NCBI RefSeq assembly: GCF_009857505.1
Contig: NZ_WWCP01000003.1
Coordinates: forward strand, 70,686-94,685
DNA length: 24,000 nucleotides
Reading direction: 5' to 3'
From: Duganella lactea
GTDB lineage: Bacteria > Pseudomonadota > Gammaproteobacteria > Burkholderiales > Burkholderiaceae_D
The stretch's first letter is position 1, and the number at the start of each line of letters is the position of its first letter. The position numbers and the translations under genes are program-made. Shown here in pieces: positions 1 to 10,340 of this stretch. Under the pieces are notes generated by a model. It searched no databases, was not told where the DNA came from, and saw only the letters and a list, made by a program, of their open reading frames with translations.

Positions 1-1971
1 CAGATCCACCATCACCGGCGTGCCGCCGCCGGTCGCGTCGAAATCATCGTTGACGGTGCCGGCGAAGAAGGCGTGGATGTCGCCGGTGATCGCCACCACG
101 TTCTTGACGTTGTTGGTCTTCAGGTGTGCCATCAGCGCCTTGCGCTCGCTGTTGTAGCCGTCCCACTGGTCGCAGTTGAGCAGGAATTTGGTGAAGAACG
201 CCGCCAGTGCCTCCTTCTTGCCCGATGCCGCGACAAATTTGGAGTTGGCTTTGTTCTCCTGTACTTCCGGCTTGATGTAGCCGAAGGCGATGGTTTGCCC
301 GGCCACGGCGGCCAAGGCGGCGCCGCTCTGCCCCGCGCTCGCCGCGGCGGCCACCTTGCCGAACGTCGCCACCGCGATCGACGCCTGCGCCGCCGTCAGG
401 CCAGCCTTGACGCCGGCCGCCGCTTGCGCATCCTGCGCGCCGCCGCTCGCCGCCGAGGTGGCGATGGTGACCCCGCCAGCCTGTGCGACGGTGGCCGCTG
501 CGCCGGCCGTCACCGCCGCCACCATCGCGCCGGCCACGGCGAAGTTGCCGCCCGCCGCGGCCGCCGTGGTGCCGACCGCCGTCGCCAGCGACGACACCGC
601 GTTCAACGCCAGCAGCGTGGCGACGGCATCGACGCCGTTCATCCCCATGCGCAGCAGCGACACTTCATTGCCCCACAATTTCCACGTCGCCGTGGCGGAC
701 TGCATCTTGTCCATCCACCACTGGCGCTGCGGGTTGCCGAGGATGGTGGCGGTGGTCAGCGGATCGAGGCCGATGGTTTTGGCGCCGGCCATCTTTTGCG
801 CCTCCACGCTGTTGAACAGGTCTTGCGGCACCAGGTAGCGCGAGCCGATGCGGCCCAGCGGCTTGCCGGTGGCCGGGTTCACCGACGATTCCGGAATCAC
901 GTGGTCCGAACGGTACAGGCGCTCGTCGGTCATCACCAGTTGCATCAGCTTACCGAACTGGAAGTCGCGATAGATCTTGATGTTCTGGAAGGTGGTGTTG
1001 GCCGCGTCCAGCGTCACGTCGGCCGGCATGAATTCAAACCACGCCTGATTGGCGTTGCGGCGGCGCGCCGACTGGTGCAGGTCCGAACCGTCGGCGTTGA
1101 ACGAGCCGTCGTAGGTCTGCGCATCCTGCCACGCGTCGTCGGTGAATTCGTGATCGTCCCACACGGCGATGAAGGCGAAGCGTTCGTGCAGCGCCTGCAG
1201 GCGCGTATCGGTGCGGTACTTCTTGTACAGGTAGCGGTAGTCGTTGAGCGAGTTGGCGTACTTGGCGCCGGCGCTGCCGTTCTTGAACACGCCGTCCGGC
1301 AGCACCAGCGCATCGTGGCGGCTCTCGACGGCGCCCAGCTGGAAGTCCTCGCCCACGGTCTCGTAGATGTAGTCGCCCAGATGGACGATGAAGTCCAGAT
1401 TCTCGGCGGCGATGGCGGACATCGCGCCCCAGTGGTTCACGCTCCAGTCCTGGCAGGTCATGTAGACGAACTGCAGCTGCGCCACGTCGGCGTCGGCCGC
1501 CGGCGCGGTCTTGAAGCGGCCGACGTTGGAGCGGTTGTCGCCGGCGATGAACTGGTAATAGTACGTGGTGGCCGCCGTCAGGCCGGTCAGCTTGTGGCGG
1601 ATGGTGTTGTCGTACTGCGCTTGCAGCGGCAGGCGTACATCAGCCACGGTGGCGCCGCTCAGTGCCGCGTTGCTGCCCAGCGCCGCGCCGTTGTCGCTGG
1701 CGGTACAGATCAGGCGCAGCGCCGTGGTGGCGGCGGAAGGCACCGCCGCCACATTGTCCGACGCCGCCGGCACCGCGCGCGTCCACAGCAAAATGCTGTC
1801 GGCGCGCGGGTCGCCCGAGGCCACGCTTTGCGGGAATTTCCAGGCACCGCGGGCCAGCGCCAGGCCGTTGTCCGCCGCGCCGTCGCTGCCGCCGCAGGCC
1901 GTCAGGGCGGCCCCGGTTGCCGCCGACACCGTGATAAAGCTGCCGAATTTGAGAAACTGCCGTCTGTCCAT
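1..1971 (-). CDS. phoD: Alkaline phosphatase D family protein (PhoD); N-terminal part only, C-terminus lies beyond position 1
   Basis: I translated the minus strand by hand from the ATG at 1971-1969 (GGAG upstream). It starts MDRRQFLKFGSFITVSAATGAALTACGG, a twin-arginine motif followed by a lipobox-like LTAC. PhoD-type segments follow: FPQSVASGDPRADSILLWTR, TTYYYQF, FIVHLGDYIYE, IAVWDDHEF, CDQWDGY, AITGDIHAFFAG. The frame stays open to position 1 (1971 nt = 657 codons), which explains its absence from the ORF track. The plus-strand 73..1989 ORF is its antisense artefact. Confidence 0.88.
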   Translation of the reverse strand, partial: MDRRQFLKFGSFITVSAATGAALTACGGSDGAADNGLALARGAWKFPQSVASGDPRADSILLWTRAVPAASDNVAAVPSAATTALRLICTASDNGAALGSNAALSGATVADVRLPLQAQYDNTIRHKLTGLTAATTYYYQFIAGDNRSNVGRFKTAPAADADVAQLQFVYMTCQDWSVNHWGAMSAIAAENLDFIVHLGDYIYETVGEDFQLGAVESRHDALVLPDGVFKNGSAGAKYANSLNDYRYLYKKYRTDTRLQALHERFAFIAVWDDHEFTDDAWQDAQTYDGSFNADGSDLHQSARRRNANQAWFEFMPADVTLDAANTTFQNIKIYRDFQFGKLMQLVMTDERLYRSDHVIPESSVNPATGKPLGRIGSRYLVPQDLFNSVEAQKMAGAKTIGLDPLTTATILGNPQRQWWMDKMQSATATWKLWGNEVSLLRMGMNGVDAVATLLALNAVSSLATAVGTTAAAAGGNFAVAGAMVAAVTAGAAATVAQAGGVTIATSAASGGAQDAQAAAGVKAGLTAAQASIAVATFGKVAAAASAGQSGAALAAVAGQTIAFGYIKPEVQENKANSKFVAASGKKEALAAFFTKFLLNCDQWDGYNSERKALMAHLKTNNVKNVVAITGDIHAFFAGTVNDDFDATGGGTPVMVDL

Positions 1972-2010
1972 ATGTGCTCCCGCCGCTGAAGTTATGTATA
2001 AAAAGAAAAC

Positions 2011-2031
2011 CTTAGCAGCCGGATATGACAG
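2011..2031 (-). promoter_or_regulatory. Candidate Pho-box half-site upstream of phoD
   Basis: The minus strand reads CTGTCATATCCGGCTGCTAAG. The first 7-mer, CTGTCAT, matches the enterobacterial PhoB-box repeat perfectly. The second repeat is weak. A TATACA -10-like hexamer lies about 11 nt further downstream, before the phoD ATG. This rests on motif resemblance only. Confidence 0.3.
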
Positions 2032-2116
2032 CTTCTCTACAAAAAATGGAGCTTCCCCTCTAGCGGAAACATCTGTTAGGGCGTTAACATGGTTTAACTA
2101 GCGCAAGATCTGACTG

Positions 2117-3232
2117 ATGACACAACTGATTTCTCCCTCCCTGCTCGCCCGGGCCACCAAGGTGCTGGTGATCACCCACATGGCCATCGGCGATTTCACC
2201 TACATGCAGATGTGCTTCCGCGCCCTCAAGCGCGCGCACCCGCACCTGGCCATCCACCTGTGGGTCGACGAACGCCGGCGCACCGACGACCCGGCGCAGT
2301 GGCCGCACCTGAAGAACTACTCGCTGTACGACTGGCTGCGCGCCAGTCCCTGCATCGACCAGCTGTATGACCAGAACTACAGCCCGGACCTGCACGCGCA
2401 ATCGATCGCCGAGGCACAGCGCGAGGACTATCCGCTGGTGGTGTCGCTGACCCACATGGCCTGCCACCGCTACGCGCGGCTGGCGCGCGAGATCAGCCCG
2501 CGCGGCTTCATCGTCGGCCTGACGAAGCAGAAGTACCGCTTCTTCGAACTGTCGAAGCGGCTCAGCATCCGCAAGTTCGACGCCACCATCCCGCTGTACG
2601 AATCGCAGCAGCGCGACGTGCCGCATGTCAGCGACATCTACGCGCAATGGTTCGCCAGCGCCTTCGGCGTCGCCATCGCACCGGCCGAGCGCTATCCCAC
2701 GATCGACATTCCCGAGCGCTGGATGGACTACGCGCGCGGCCAGTTCGCCGCCTGGGGCCTGGCCTCCGGCGCGCCGGTGGTGTTCATCAACGCCTATTCC
2801 AAGGGCGAGGAGCGCTGCTGGCCGCTGGAACGGGTGTTCGCGCTGATCCGCGCGCTGCGCGACCATCCGCAGTGGCGCGACGCCGGCTTTGTGGTCAACG
2901 TGGTGCCGGAGGCGTTGCAGCACGCGCGGGCGCTGTACGCCAGCGAGGCGCCGCCCGCCACCCACCTGTTCTCGGCCGAGGACAACTTCTTCCAGCTGCC
3001 GGCCATCCTCAGCCTGTGCAGCCTGATCGTGACGGTGGAAACGGCGGTGATGCACCTGGCAAACGCGGTGCGGGTGCCGGTGATCGCCCTGATGCGCCAG
3101 AATAATCCGGAATGGGTGCCGATCGACCGCCAGAACAGCACCATCATCACGGTTGGCCGATTCGGCGACTGGGTGACGCAAATCGGTCTGCCGGAGGTGA
3201 TGGAAAAGATTCTGAGCCGGCCGCTATGCTAG
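2117..3232 (+). CDS. Glycosyltransferase family 9 protein (heptosyltransferase-like)
   Basis: 371-aa ORF. The N-terminal [36 protein letters not shown] and the C-terminal [22 protein letters not shown] resemble the two conserved GT9 segments. Substrate cannot be inferred. Confidence 0.7.
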   Translation: MTQLISPSLLARATKVLVITHMAIGDFTYMQMCFRALKRAHPHLAIHLWVDERRRTDDPAQWPHLKNYSLYDWLRASPCIDQLYDQNYSPDLHAQSIAEAQREDYPLVVSLTHMACHRYARLAREISPRGFIVGLTKQKYRFFELSKRLSIRKFDATIPLYESQQRDVPHVSDIYAQWFASAFGVAIAPAERYPTIDIPERWMDYARGQFAAWGLASGAPVVFINAYSKGEERCWPLERVFALIRALRDHPQWRDAGFVVNVVPEALQHARALYASEAPPATHLFSAEDNFFQLPAILSLCSLIVTVETAVMHLANAVRVPVIALMRQNNPEWVPIDRQNSTIITVGRFGDWVTQIGLPEVMEKILSRPLC

Positions 3233-3296
3233 AATACCGCCCTCACCGCATTCTCCAACGATTACCAATCGATACACCGCCGAAGGAAGACCGAAC

Positions 3297-4022
3297 ATGG
3301 CTGGACACAGCAAATGGGCCAACATCAAGCATAAAAAGGCAGCAACTGACGCGAAACGCGGCAAAATCTGGACTCGCCTGATCAAGGAAATCACCGTTGC
3401 TGCGCGCATGGGCGGCGGCGACGTCACGTCGAACCCGCGTCTGCGCCTCGCCATCGACAAGGCGGCCGACGCCAATATGCCGAAGGATAACGTGCAACGC
3501 GCGATCACCCGCGGCACCGGCGGCGAGGACGGCGCCAGCTACGAGGAAGTCCGCTACGAGGGCTACGGCGTCGGCGGCGCGGCCATCATCGTCGACTGCA
3601 TGACCGACAACCGCGTGCGCACCGTGGCCGAAGTCCGCAACGCCTTCAACAAAAACGGCGGCAACATGGGCAATGAGGGCTCGGTGGCCTTCATGTTCAA
3701 GCACTGCGGCCAGTTCCTGTTCGCCCCCGGCACCAATGAGGACGCGCTGATGGAAGCGGCGCTGGAAGCCGGCGCCGAGGACGTGCTCACCGACGACGAA
3801 GGCGGCATTGAAGTGCTGTGCGGCCCGCACGATTTCGCCACCGTCAAGGACGCGCTGGAAGCCAAGGGCTTCAAGGCCGAAGTGGCCGAGATCATCATGA
3901 AGCCGGACGTCGAAATCGCCGTCACCGGCGACAACGCGGTCAAGATGCAGAAATTGCTGGATGCGCTGGAAGCGCTGGACGATGTGCAGGAAGTGTATTC
4001 CAACACCCTGATCGAAGACTGA
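3297..4022 (+). CDS. yebC: YebC/PmpR family DNA-binding transcriptional regulator
   Basis: 241 aa. The N-terminus [42 protein letters not shown] is diagnostic of the family. AAGGAAG Shine-Dalgarno upstream. Confidence 0.95.
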   Translation: MAGHSKWANIKHKKAATDAKRGKIWTRLIKEITVAARMGGGDVTSNPRLRLAIDKAADANMPKDNVQRAITRGTGGEDGASYEEVRYEGYGVGGAAIIVDCMTDNRVRTVAEVRNAFNKNGGNMGNEGSVAFMFKHCGQFLFAPGTNEDALMEAALEAGAEDVLTDDEGGIEVLCGPHDFATVKDALEAKGFKAEVAEIIMKPDVEIAVTGDNAVKMQKLLDALEALDDVQEVYSNTLIED

Positions 4023-4028
4023 GGACTT

Positions 4029-5297
4029 ATGAAAATTTTGGTAGTCGGCTCCGGCGGCCGTGAACATGCGCTGGCCTGGAAACTGGCGCAGTCCGAGCGC
4101 ATCCAGATGGTGTATGTGGCTCCGGGTAACGGCGGCACCGCGCGCGATTCGCGCCTGGTCAACGTCAATATCACCGACCTGCACGAACTGGCCAACTTCG
4201 TCGAAACCGAAGGCATCAGCCTGACCGTGGTCGGTCCGGAGACGCCACTGGCCGGCGGCATCGTCAACCTGTTCCGCGCGCGCGGCCTGAAAGTGTTCGG
4301 CCCGACCAAGGAGGCGGCGCAGCTGGAGTCGTCGAAAGACTTCGCCAAGGCCTTCATGCAGCGCCACGGCATCCCGACCGCCAACTATCAGACCTTCTCG
4401 GACGTGGCGCCGGCACACGCCTACATCGACGCCAACGGCGCGCCGATCGTCATCAAGGCCGACGGCCTGGCCGCCGGCAAGGGCGTGGTGGTGGCGCTGA
4501 CGCTGGAAGAGGCGCACCGCGCGGTGGACGACATGCTGGCCGATAACCGCTTCGGCGACGCCGGCGCGCGCATCGTCATCGAGGAATTCCTGGCCGGCGA
4601 GGAAGCCAGCTTCATCGTCATGTGCGACGGCAAAAATGTGCTGCCGCTGGCCACCAGCCAGGACCACAAGCGCCTGAAAGACAACGACGAAGGCCCGAAC
4701 ACCGGCGGCATGGGCGCCTACTCGCCGGCGCCGATCGTCACGCCGGCGATGCACGCGCGCGTGATGCGCGAGATCATCAACCCGACCATCGCCGGCATGG
4801 CCAAGGACGGCATCGTCTTCACCGGCTTCCTGTACGCCGGCCTGATGATCGACGCCGCCGGCAATCCGCGCACGCTGGAATTCAACTGCCGCATGGGCGA
4901 TCCGGAAACCCAGCCGATCATGGCGCGCCTGAAGACCGACCTGCTGGGCGTGATGGAACACGCCGTCAACGGCGCGCTCGATCAGGTGGAACTGGAATGG
5001 GACCGCCGCACCGCCGTGGGCGTAGTGCTGGCCGCCGAAGGCTATCCGGACACGCCGAAAAAAGGCGCGGTGATCGATGGCATCCCGGCCGAAACGCCGG
5101 AATCGGTGACCTTCCACGCCGGCACCGCCGAGGTGGACGGCCAGTTGCAGGTGACCGGCGGCCGCGTGCTGTGCGTGGTCGGCCTGGGCGACAGCATCAA
5201 GCTGGCGCAGAAACAAGCTTACGAAGTGGTCGATCAGATCCACTTCGAAGGCGCGCAGTGCCGCCGCGACATCGGCTGGCGCGGTCTGAAGCACTAA
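4029..5297 (+). CDS. purD: Phosphoribosylamine--glycine ligase
   Basis: 422 aa. It starts [22 protein letters not shown], has an ATP-grasp core ([15 protein letters not shown]) and contains [12 protein letters not shown]. Confidence 0.97.
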   Translation: MKILVVGSGGREHALAWKLAQSERIQMVYVAPGNGGTARDSRLVNVNITDLHELANFVETEGISLTVVGPETPLAGGIVNLFRARGLKVFGPTKEAAQLESSKDFAKAFMQRHGIPTANYQTFSDVAPAHAYIDANGAPIVIKADGLAAGKGVVVALTLEEAHRAVDDMLADNRFGDAGARIVIEEFLAGEEASFIVMCDGKNVLPLATSQDHKRLKDNDEGPNTGGMGAYSPAPIVTPAMHARVMREIINPTIAGMAKDGIVFTGFLYAGLMIDAAGNPRTLEFNCRMGDPETQPIMARLKTDLLGVMEHAVNGALDQVELEWDRRTAVGVVLAAEGYPDTPKKGAVIDGIPAETPESVTFHAGTAEVDGQLQVTGGRVLCVVGLGDSIKLAQKQAYEVVDQIHFEGAQCRRDIGWRGLKH

Positions 5298-5298
5298 G

Positions 5299-6213
5299 AT
5301 GACGGACCAACCGAATCCCACCGCGGTCAAAGCCTGGCTGCTCGACCTGCAAGCGCGCATCGTGCAAGGGCTGGAAGCCATCGACGGCAAGGCCTTCCTG
5401 CGCGACGAGTGGCAGCGCGCCGAGGGCGGCGGCGGGATTTCGCGTCTGGTGGAAGAAGGCAATGTGATCGAGCGCGGTGGCGTCAACTTCTCGCACGTGC
5501 TGGGCGCCAAGCTGCCGCCGTCGGCGTCGGCGCACCGCCCGGACATCGGCGGCAATCCGTGGGAAGCGATGGGCGTATCGCTGGTGATCCATCCGCGCAA
5601 TCCGTATGCGCCGACGGTGCACATGAATGTGCGCTTCTTCAGCACCACCAACAGCGCCGGCGAGCCGGTATGGTGGTTCGGCGGCGGCATGGATTTGACG
5701 CCGTACTACGGCGACAAGCAGGACGTGAAGCACTTTCACCAGACCTGCCATGACGCCCTCGCCCCGTTCGGCGACGACCTGCACGCGCGCTTTAAACAAT
5801 GGTGTGACGAGTACTTCTACCTGAAACACCGCCAGGAAGCGCGCGGCGTGGGCGGCATCTTCTTCGATGACTACAACGCGGCGGGCTTCGAGCAAAGCTT
5901 CGCCATGGTGCGCAGCGTGGGCGACGCCTTCATCACCGCCTACCTGCCGATTCTGGAAGCGCGCAAGGACACGCCCTACGGCGAGCGCGAACGCGACTTC
6001 CAGGCCTACCGGCGCGGCCGCTATGTCGAATTCAATCTGGTGTTCGACCGCGGCACGCTGTTTGGCCTGCAGTCGGGCGGCCGCACCGAGGCGATCCTGA
6101 TGTCGATGCCGCCGATCGTCAAATGGCGCTATCGCTGGGAACCCGAGGATGGTTCGCCGGAGGCGGCGCTGTACACCGACTTCCTGCCGCATCGCGACTG
6201 GCTCGCCGCATAA
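5299..6213 (+). CDS. hemF: Oxygen-dependent coproporphyrinogen III oxidase
   Basis: 304 aa. Typical HemF segments are present: [90 protein letters not shown]. Confidence 0.95.
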   Translation: MTDQPNPTAVKAWLLDLQARIVQGLEAIDGKAFLRDEWQRAEGGGGISRLVEEGNVIERGGVNFSHVLGAKLPPSASAHRPDIGGNPWEAMGVSLVIHPRNPYAPTVHMNVRFFSTTNSAGEPVWWFGGGMDLTPYYGDKQDVKHFHQTCHDALAPFGDDLHARFKQWCDEYFYLKHRQEARGVGGIFFDDYNAAGFEQSFAMVRSVGDAFITAYLPILEARKDTPYGERERDFQAYRRGRYVEFNLVFDRGTLFGLQSGGRTEAILMSMPPIVKWRYRWEPEDGSPEAALYTDFLPHRDWLAA

Positions 6214-6226
6214 CGGTGGCGTGCTG

Positions 6227-6886
6227 ATGGTCTACCGAACCGCACTGCTGGGAGGCAGCTACGATCCGGTGCATCGAGGTCATGTCGCGCTGGGCGAGTA
6301 TTTCGCCGCGCTGCTGCAAGTCGACCAGTTGCGCGTGATCCCCACCGGCATGCCGTGGCAGAAAGGCGCACTGAAGGCGTCGGCGCAACAGCGCGCCGAC
6401 ATGCTGGCGCTGGCGTTCGCCGGCCGCCCGTTCAGCGTGGCGGTCGACCTGCAAGAAATCGCCCGTGGCGCCCAAGGGCTGCCCACGTACACCATCGATA
6501 CGCTGCGCAATGTGCGCGGCGAATTGGGGCCCATAGCCTCGGTCAGTTTCCTGATGGGGGCCGACCAGCTGCAGCGGCTCGACACCTGGCATCAATGGCA
6601 GGCGCTATTCGACTACGCACATATTTGCGTGGCGGCCCGCCCCGGCTATGACCTTGCCACCGCCGGCTTGCCGCCGGCGGTGGCGCAGGCGTTTTCCAGC
6701 CGACTGGGAACGCCCGAACAAATCCGTAACACGCCGCATGGTCTGACTTATCTGGCACAAGACTTCGCGGTGGATATTTCCGCCACCCAGATACGTGCGG
6801 CATTACAACGGGGGGAGAAGGCAGACTCGCTTATCCCGCCGCTAGTGCTAGACTATATTGAACAACATCATCTATACAAAAGCTAA
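6227..6886 (+). CDS. nadD: Nicotinate-nucleotide adenylyltransferase
   Basis: MVYRTALLGGSYDPVHRGHVAL carries the (H/T)xGH nucleotidyltransferase motif. The track ORF begins at 6149 inside hemF. I chose the internal ATG at 6227 (a GTG at 6221 is also possible) because it sits just after the hemF stop. Confidence 0.88.
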   Translation: MVYRTALLGGSYDPVHRGHVALGEYFAALLQVDQLRVIPTGMPWQKGALKASAQQRADMLALAFAGRPFSVAVDLQEIARGAQGLPTYTIDTLRNVRGELGPIASVSFLMGADQLQRLDTWHQWQALFDYAHICVAARPGYDLATAGLPPAVAQAFSSRLGTPEQIRNTPHGLTYLAQDFAVDISATQIRAALQRGEKADSLIPPLVLDYIEQHHLYKS

Positions 6887-7575
6887 TGGACATCAAAAAA
6901 CTGCAAACCCTGGTCGTTGACGCCCTCGAAGACGTCAAGGCCCAAGACATCGTCCTGTTCGACACGACCCACCTCACCAGCCTGTTCGACCGCATCGCGA
7001 TCGCCTCCGGCACCTCCAACCGTCAGACCAAGGCGCTGGCCGCCTCGGTGCGCGACAAGGTCAAGGCCGCCGGCGGCGACGTCTACGGCATGGAAGGCGA
7101 GGACACCGGTGAATGGGTGCTGGTCGACCTGGGCGACATGATCGTCCACATCATGCAGGCACCGATCCGCGCCTACTACCGCCTGGAAGAGATCTGGGGC
7201 GACAAGCCGGTGAAACTGGGCGCCGCCAAGCGCAAGGGCACCAAGGAAGCGGAAGAAGCGGAACCGAAGAAGATCAGCAGCCACCTGGCCGCCGGTAAAA
7301 AAGCCCCGGCCGCCACGCCGGTGGTGGAGAAGAAGACCACTGCGCGCAAGCCAGCCGCCGCCAAGACCACCGCCACCGCCGCGACCAAAAAAGCCGCCGC
7401 CAAGCCAGCCGCCGTCCCCGCCGGCAAGAAGATCAAGGTCGGCGCGCCGAAGACCACCGTGGCCGCCATCAAGGCGCTGAAAGCCACGCCGAAGCCACGC
7501 ACGGCCAAGCCGAAAGCGGACGACGCGGCGCCAGCCAAGACCGTCATCAAGCGCATCAAAAAAACCGAAGAGTAA
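6886..7575 (+). CDS. rsfS: Ribosome silencing factor RsfS with a long Lys/Ala/Pro-rich (histone-H1-like) C-terminal tail
   Basis: Residues 1 to about 106 (DIVLFDTTHLTSLFDRIAIASGTSNRQTKALA ... WVLVDLGDMIVHIMQAPIRAYYRLEEIWG) form an RsfS/YbeB domain. Residues from about 107 to 229 are low complexity (KKAPAATP, AAAKTTATAATKKAAAKPAAVPAGKK, KATPKPRTAKPKA). The start overlaps the nadD stop (TAATG). Confidence 0.85.
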   Translation: MDIKKLQTLVVDALEDVKAQDIVLFDTTHLTSLFDRIAIASGTSNRQTKALAASVRDKVKAAGGDVYGMEGEDTGEWVLVDLGDMIVHIMQAPIRAYYRLEEIWGDKPVKLGAAKRKGTKEAEEAEPKKISSHLAAGKKAPAATPVVEKKTTARKPAAAKTTATAATKKAAAKPAAVPAGKKIKVGAPKTTVAAIKALKATPKPRTAKPKADDAAPAKTVIKRIKKTEE

Positions 7576-7581
7576 TCCGGC

Positions 7582-8052
7582 ATGCAGCTGATTATCGCTG
7601 CGGTCGGCCACAAGATGCCGGCCTGGATCGAAAGCGGCTACGCCGAGTATGTGAAGCGCATGCCGCCGGAACTGAAGATCGTGCTGAAGGAAATCAAGCC
7701 GGTCGAGCGTTCCGGCAGCAAGACCGCCGCCACCGCGATGGCGCTGGAGCGCGAGCGCATCGAGGCGGCGCTGCCGAAATCGGTGCGCATCATCGCGCTC
7801 GATGAACGCGGCAAGGATCTGACCTCGGTCGGCCTGTCGCAGCAGCTCGAAACCTGGCAGCAGGACGGCCGCGACACCGCGTTTCTGATCGGCGGCGCCG
7901 ACGGCCTCGATCCGGCCTTGAAGGCGCGCGCCGAGGGTCTGATCCGCATTTCCAGCATGACGCTGCCGCATGGCATGGTGCGGGTGATGCTGGCCGAGCA
8001 GCTGTACCGCGCCTGGACCATCACGCAGAACCACCCCTATCACCGCGTTTAA
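7582..8052 (+). CDS. rlmH: 23S rRNA (pseudouridine1915-N3)-methyltransferase
   Basis: 156 aa, SPOUT family. It contains [27 protein letters not shown] and [47 protein letters not shown]. It keeps the conserved position after rsfS. Confidence 0.95.
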   Translation: MQLIIAAVGHKMPAWIESGYAEYVKRMPPELKIVLKEIKPVERSGSKTAATAMALERERIEAALPKSVRIIALDERGKDLTSVGLSQQLETWQQDGRDTAFLIGGADGLDPALKARAEGLIRISSMTLPHGMVRVMLAEQLYRAWTITQNHPYHRV

Positions 8053-8057
8053 GCTGA

Positions 8058-8678
8058 ATGAAGCCTGTCGACAAGAAGATTTACCTCGCCTCCAAAAGTC
8101 CGCGCCGCCGTGAGCTGCTGCGCCAGGTCGGCATCGATTTCGAACTGCTGCTGCTGCGCAGCGACGGCCCGCGCGGCGCGGACGTCACCGAAGAGGTGCT
8201 GCCGGGCGAGGCGCCGCTCGATTATGTGGCGCGGGTGGCAAAGGAAAAAGCGGCCTTCGCGGCCGACCTGGTGATCAAGCGCCGCATGACGCCGCGCCCG
8301 GTGCTGTCGGCCGACACCACCGTCACCATCGACGGCGCCATCCTCGGCAAGCCGGCCAACGCCGCCGAGGCCAGCGCCATGCTGCAACAGCTGTCGGGCC
8401 GCAACCACCAGGTGATGACCGCCATCGCGGTGCAGTCGGCCGACTTCGCGGCGCAGATCACGCAAGTGTCCGAAGTGCGCTTCGGCGTGCTGTCGCCGGC
8501 CGCCATCGCCGCCTACTGCGCCACGCCCGAGCCCTACGACAAAGCCGGCGCCTACGGCATCCAGGGCCCGGCCGCCGCCTTCATCGAGCACATCGCCGGC
8601 AGCCATTCCGGCATCATGGGCCTGCCCATCTACGAGACCGTGCAACTGCTGCGTCAGGCGGGCCTGCCGCTGCCATAA
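8058..8678 (+). CDS. maf: Maf-like nucleoside triphosphate pyrophosphatase
   Basis: 206 aa. It contains IYLASKSPRRRELLRQVGIDFELL, SADTTVTIDGAILGKP and KAGAYGIQG. It lies upstream of rng, as in the enterobacterial yhdE-rng arrangement. Confidence 0.9.
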   Translation: MKPVDKKIYLASKSPRRRELLRQVGIDFELLLLRSDGPRGADVTEEVLPGEAPLDYVARVAKEKAAFAADLVIKRRMTPRPVLSADTTVTIDGAILGKPANAAEASAMLQQLSGRNHQVMTAIAVQSADFAAQITQVSEVRFGVLSPAAIAAYCATPEPYDKAGAYGIQGPAAAFIEHIAGSHSGIMGLPIYETVQLLRQAGLPLP

Positions 8679-8722
8679 CCACCCTGGTGGCGTCGCCGAC
8701 GCCCGCCGTGTATCATCGGGGC

Positions 8723-10189
8723 ATGAACGAAGATATCCTGATCAACATCACCCCGCAGGAAACCCGCGTCGCCCTCATCATGCAAGGCGCCGTGCAGGAA
8801 CTCCACATCGAACGCACCCTCACCCGCGGGCTGGCCGGCAATGTCTATTCCGGCAAGGTGGTGCGCGTGCTGCCGGGCATGCAGTCGGCCTTCATCGACA
8901 TCGGCCTGGAACGCGCGGCCTTCCTGCACGTGGCCGACATCTGGGAGGCGCGCAGCCACGACGGCGGCGCCAACGCCGCCCCGACGCCGATCGAAAAACT
9001 GCTGTTCGACGGTCAGGTGCTGACGGTACAGGTGATCAAGGACCCGATCGGTACCAAGGGCGCGCGCCTGTCGACGCAGATCTCGATCGCCGGCCGCATG
9101 CTGGTGTATCTGCCGCAGGACGGGCATATCGGCGTATCGCAGAAAATCGAGAAGGAGTCCGAGCGCGAGGCGCTGCGCACACGTCTGCAAAGCTTGCTGC
9201 CGAAGGACGAAAAAGGCGGCTACATCATCCGCACCCAGGCCGAGGACGCGTCGGACGCCGACATCGCCGCCGACGTCGACTACCTGCGCAAGACCTGGGC
9301 GGCGATCACCCACGGCGCCCGCACCAGGCCGGCCACCACGCTGCTGCACCAGGACTTGAGCCTGGCCCAGCGCGTGCTGCGCGACTTCGTGCACGACGAG
9401 ACGGCCACCATCCAGGTCGATTCGCGCGAGAATTATCTGAACCTGCAGGCCTTCGGCCAGGCCTACACGCCGGGCGTGCTGCCACGGCTGCACCACTACA
9501 CCGGCGAGCGGCCGCTGTTCGACCTGTATGGCGTGGAGGAAGAGATCCTGCGCGCGCTGGGCCGGCGCGTCGACCTCAAGTCCGGCGGCTACCTGATCGT
9601 CGACCAGACCGAGGCGATGACCACCATCGACGTCAACACCGGCGGCTTCGTCGGCGGGCGCAATTTCGCCGACACCATTTTCAAGACCAACCTGGAGGCG
9701 GCGCACGCGATCGCGCGCCAGCTACGGCTGCGCAATCTGGGCGGCATCATCATCCTCGACTTCATCGACATGGAGAACACCGAGCATCGCAACGCGGTGC
9801 TGGGCGAGTTGAAGAAGGCGCTGTCACGCGACCGCACCAAGGTCTCGGTCAGCAATTTCTCGGCGCTGGGGCTGGTGGAGATGACGCGCAAGCGCACCCG
9901 CGAATCGCTGGCGCACATCCTGTGCGAGCCATGCCCGGCCTGCAGCGGCAAGGGCCAGGTAAAAACCTCGCGCACCATCTGCTACGAAATCCTGCGTGAA
10001 CTATTGCGCGAGGCCAAACAATTTAACCCGCGAGAATTCCGCATTCTGGCATCCCAGGAAGTGGTCGACATGTTCCTGGAAGAAGAGTCGCAACACCTGG
10101 CCATGCTGGGCGATTTCATCGGCAAGAAAATCTCGCTGCAAGTTGAAAATGCCTACCATCAGGAACAGTACGACGTCATCCTGATGTAA
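8723..10189 (+). CDS. rng: Ribonuclease G
   Basis: 489 aa counted from the internal ATG at 8723 (MNEDILINITPQETRVALI). There is an S1-like N-terminus (GNVYSGKVVRVLPGMQSAFIDIG) and an RNase E/G catalytic core (TEAMTTIDVNTGGFVG, IIILDFIDM). The track ORF start at 8687 adds 12 non-conserved residues. Confidence 0.93.
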   Translation: MNEDILINITPQETRVALIMQGAVQELHIERTLTRGLAGNVYSGKVVRVLPGMQSAFIDIGLERAAFLHVADIWEARSHDGGANAAPTPIEKLLFDGQVLTVQVIKDPIGTKGARLSTQISIAGRMLVYLPQDGHIGVSQKIEKESEREALRTRLQSLLPKDEKGGYIIRTQAEDASDADIAADVDYLRKTWAAITHGARTRPATTLLHQDLSLAQRVLRDFVHDETATIQVDSRENYLNLQAFGQAYTPGVLPRLHHYTGERPLFDLYGVEEEILRALGRRVDLKSGGYLIVDQTEAMTTIDVNTGGFVGGRNFADTIFKTNLEAAHAIARQLRLRNLGGIIILDFIDMENTEHRNAVLGELKKALSRDRTKVSVSNFSALGLVEMTRKRTRESLAHILCEPCPACSGKGQVKTSRTICYEILRELLREAKQFNPREFRILASQEVVDMFLEEESQHLAMLGDFIGKKISLQVENAYHQEQYDVILM

Positions 10190-10340
10190 GCCGGCATCGT
10201 CCATGCAAGCCACGGCCTAAGCCATATCGCCTTTTGTAAACAAGGACTTAAGCGAAGGAAGGTTTCGGGAAGAAAGAGTTTCCTGCTGAAGCATAGAGTG
10301 ATTTCCCTCAATCGCTATCTCTTCCAGCAAGGAAAATCTG

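Noticed and set aside
73-1989. 638-aa plus-strand ORF, with nested 182-, 110-, 178- and 90-aa ORFs
   Set aside because: The composition is Arg/Ala/Gly/His-rich and typical of an antisense frame in high-GC DNA. The opposite strand encodes a PhoD with all conserved motifs and a Tat leader.
2084-3181. 365-aa minus-strand ORF opposite the GT9 gene
   Set aside because: Antisense artefact. The plus-strand product has recognisable GT9 segments and this one has none.
3243-5690. 815-aa minus-strand ORF spanning yebC, purD and hemF
   Set aside because: It is antisense to three unmistakable housekeeping genes. It has no motifs, an Arg/Ala/Gly/His bias and no plausible ribosome-binding site.
6883-8043. 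386-aa minus-strand ORF opposite rsfS and rlmH
   Set aside because: Antisense artefact with Gly/Arg low complexity. The plus strand carries two conserved genes.
8654-9706. 350-aa minus-strand ORF opposite rng
   Set aside because: It is antisense to a fully conserved RNase G.
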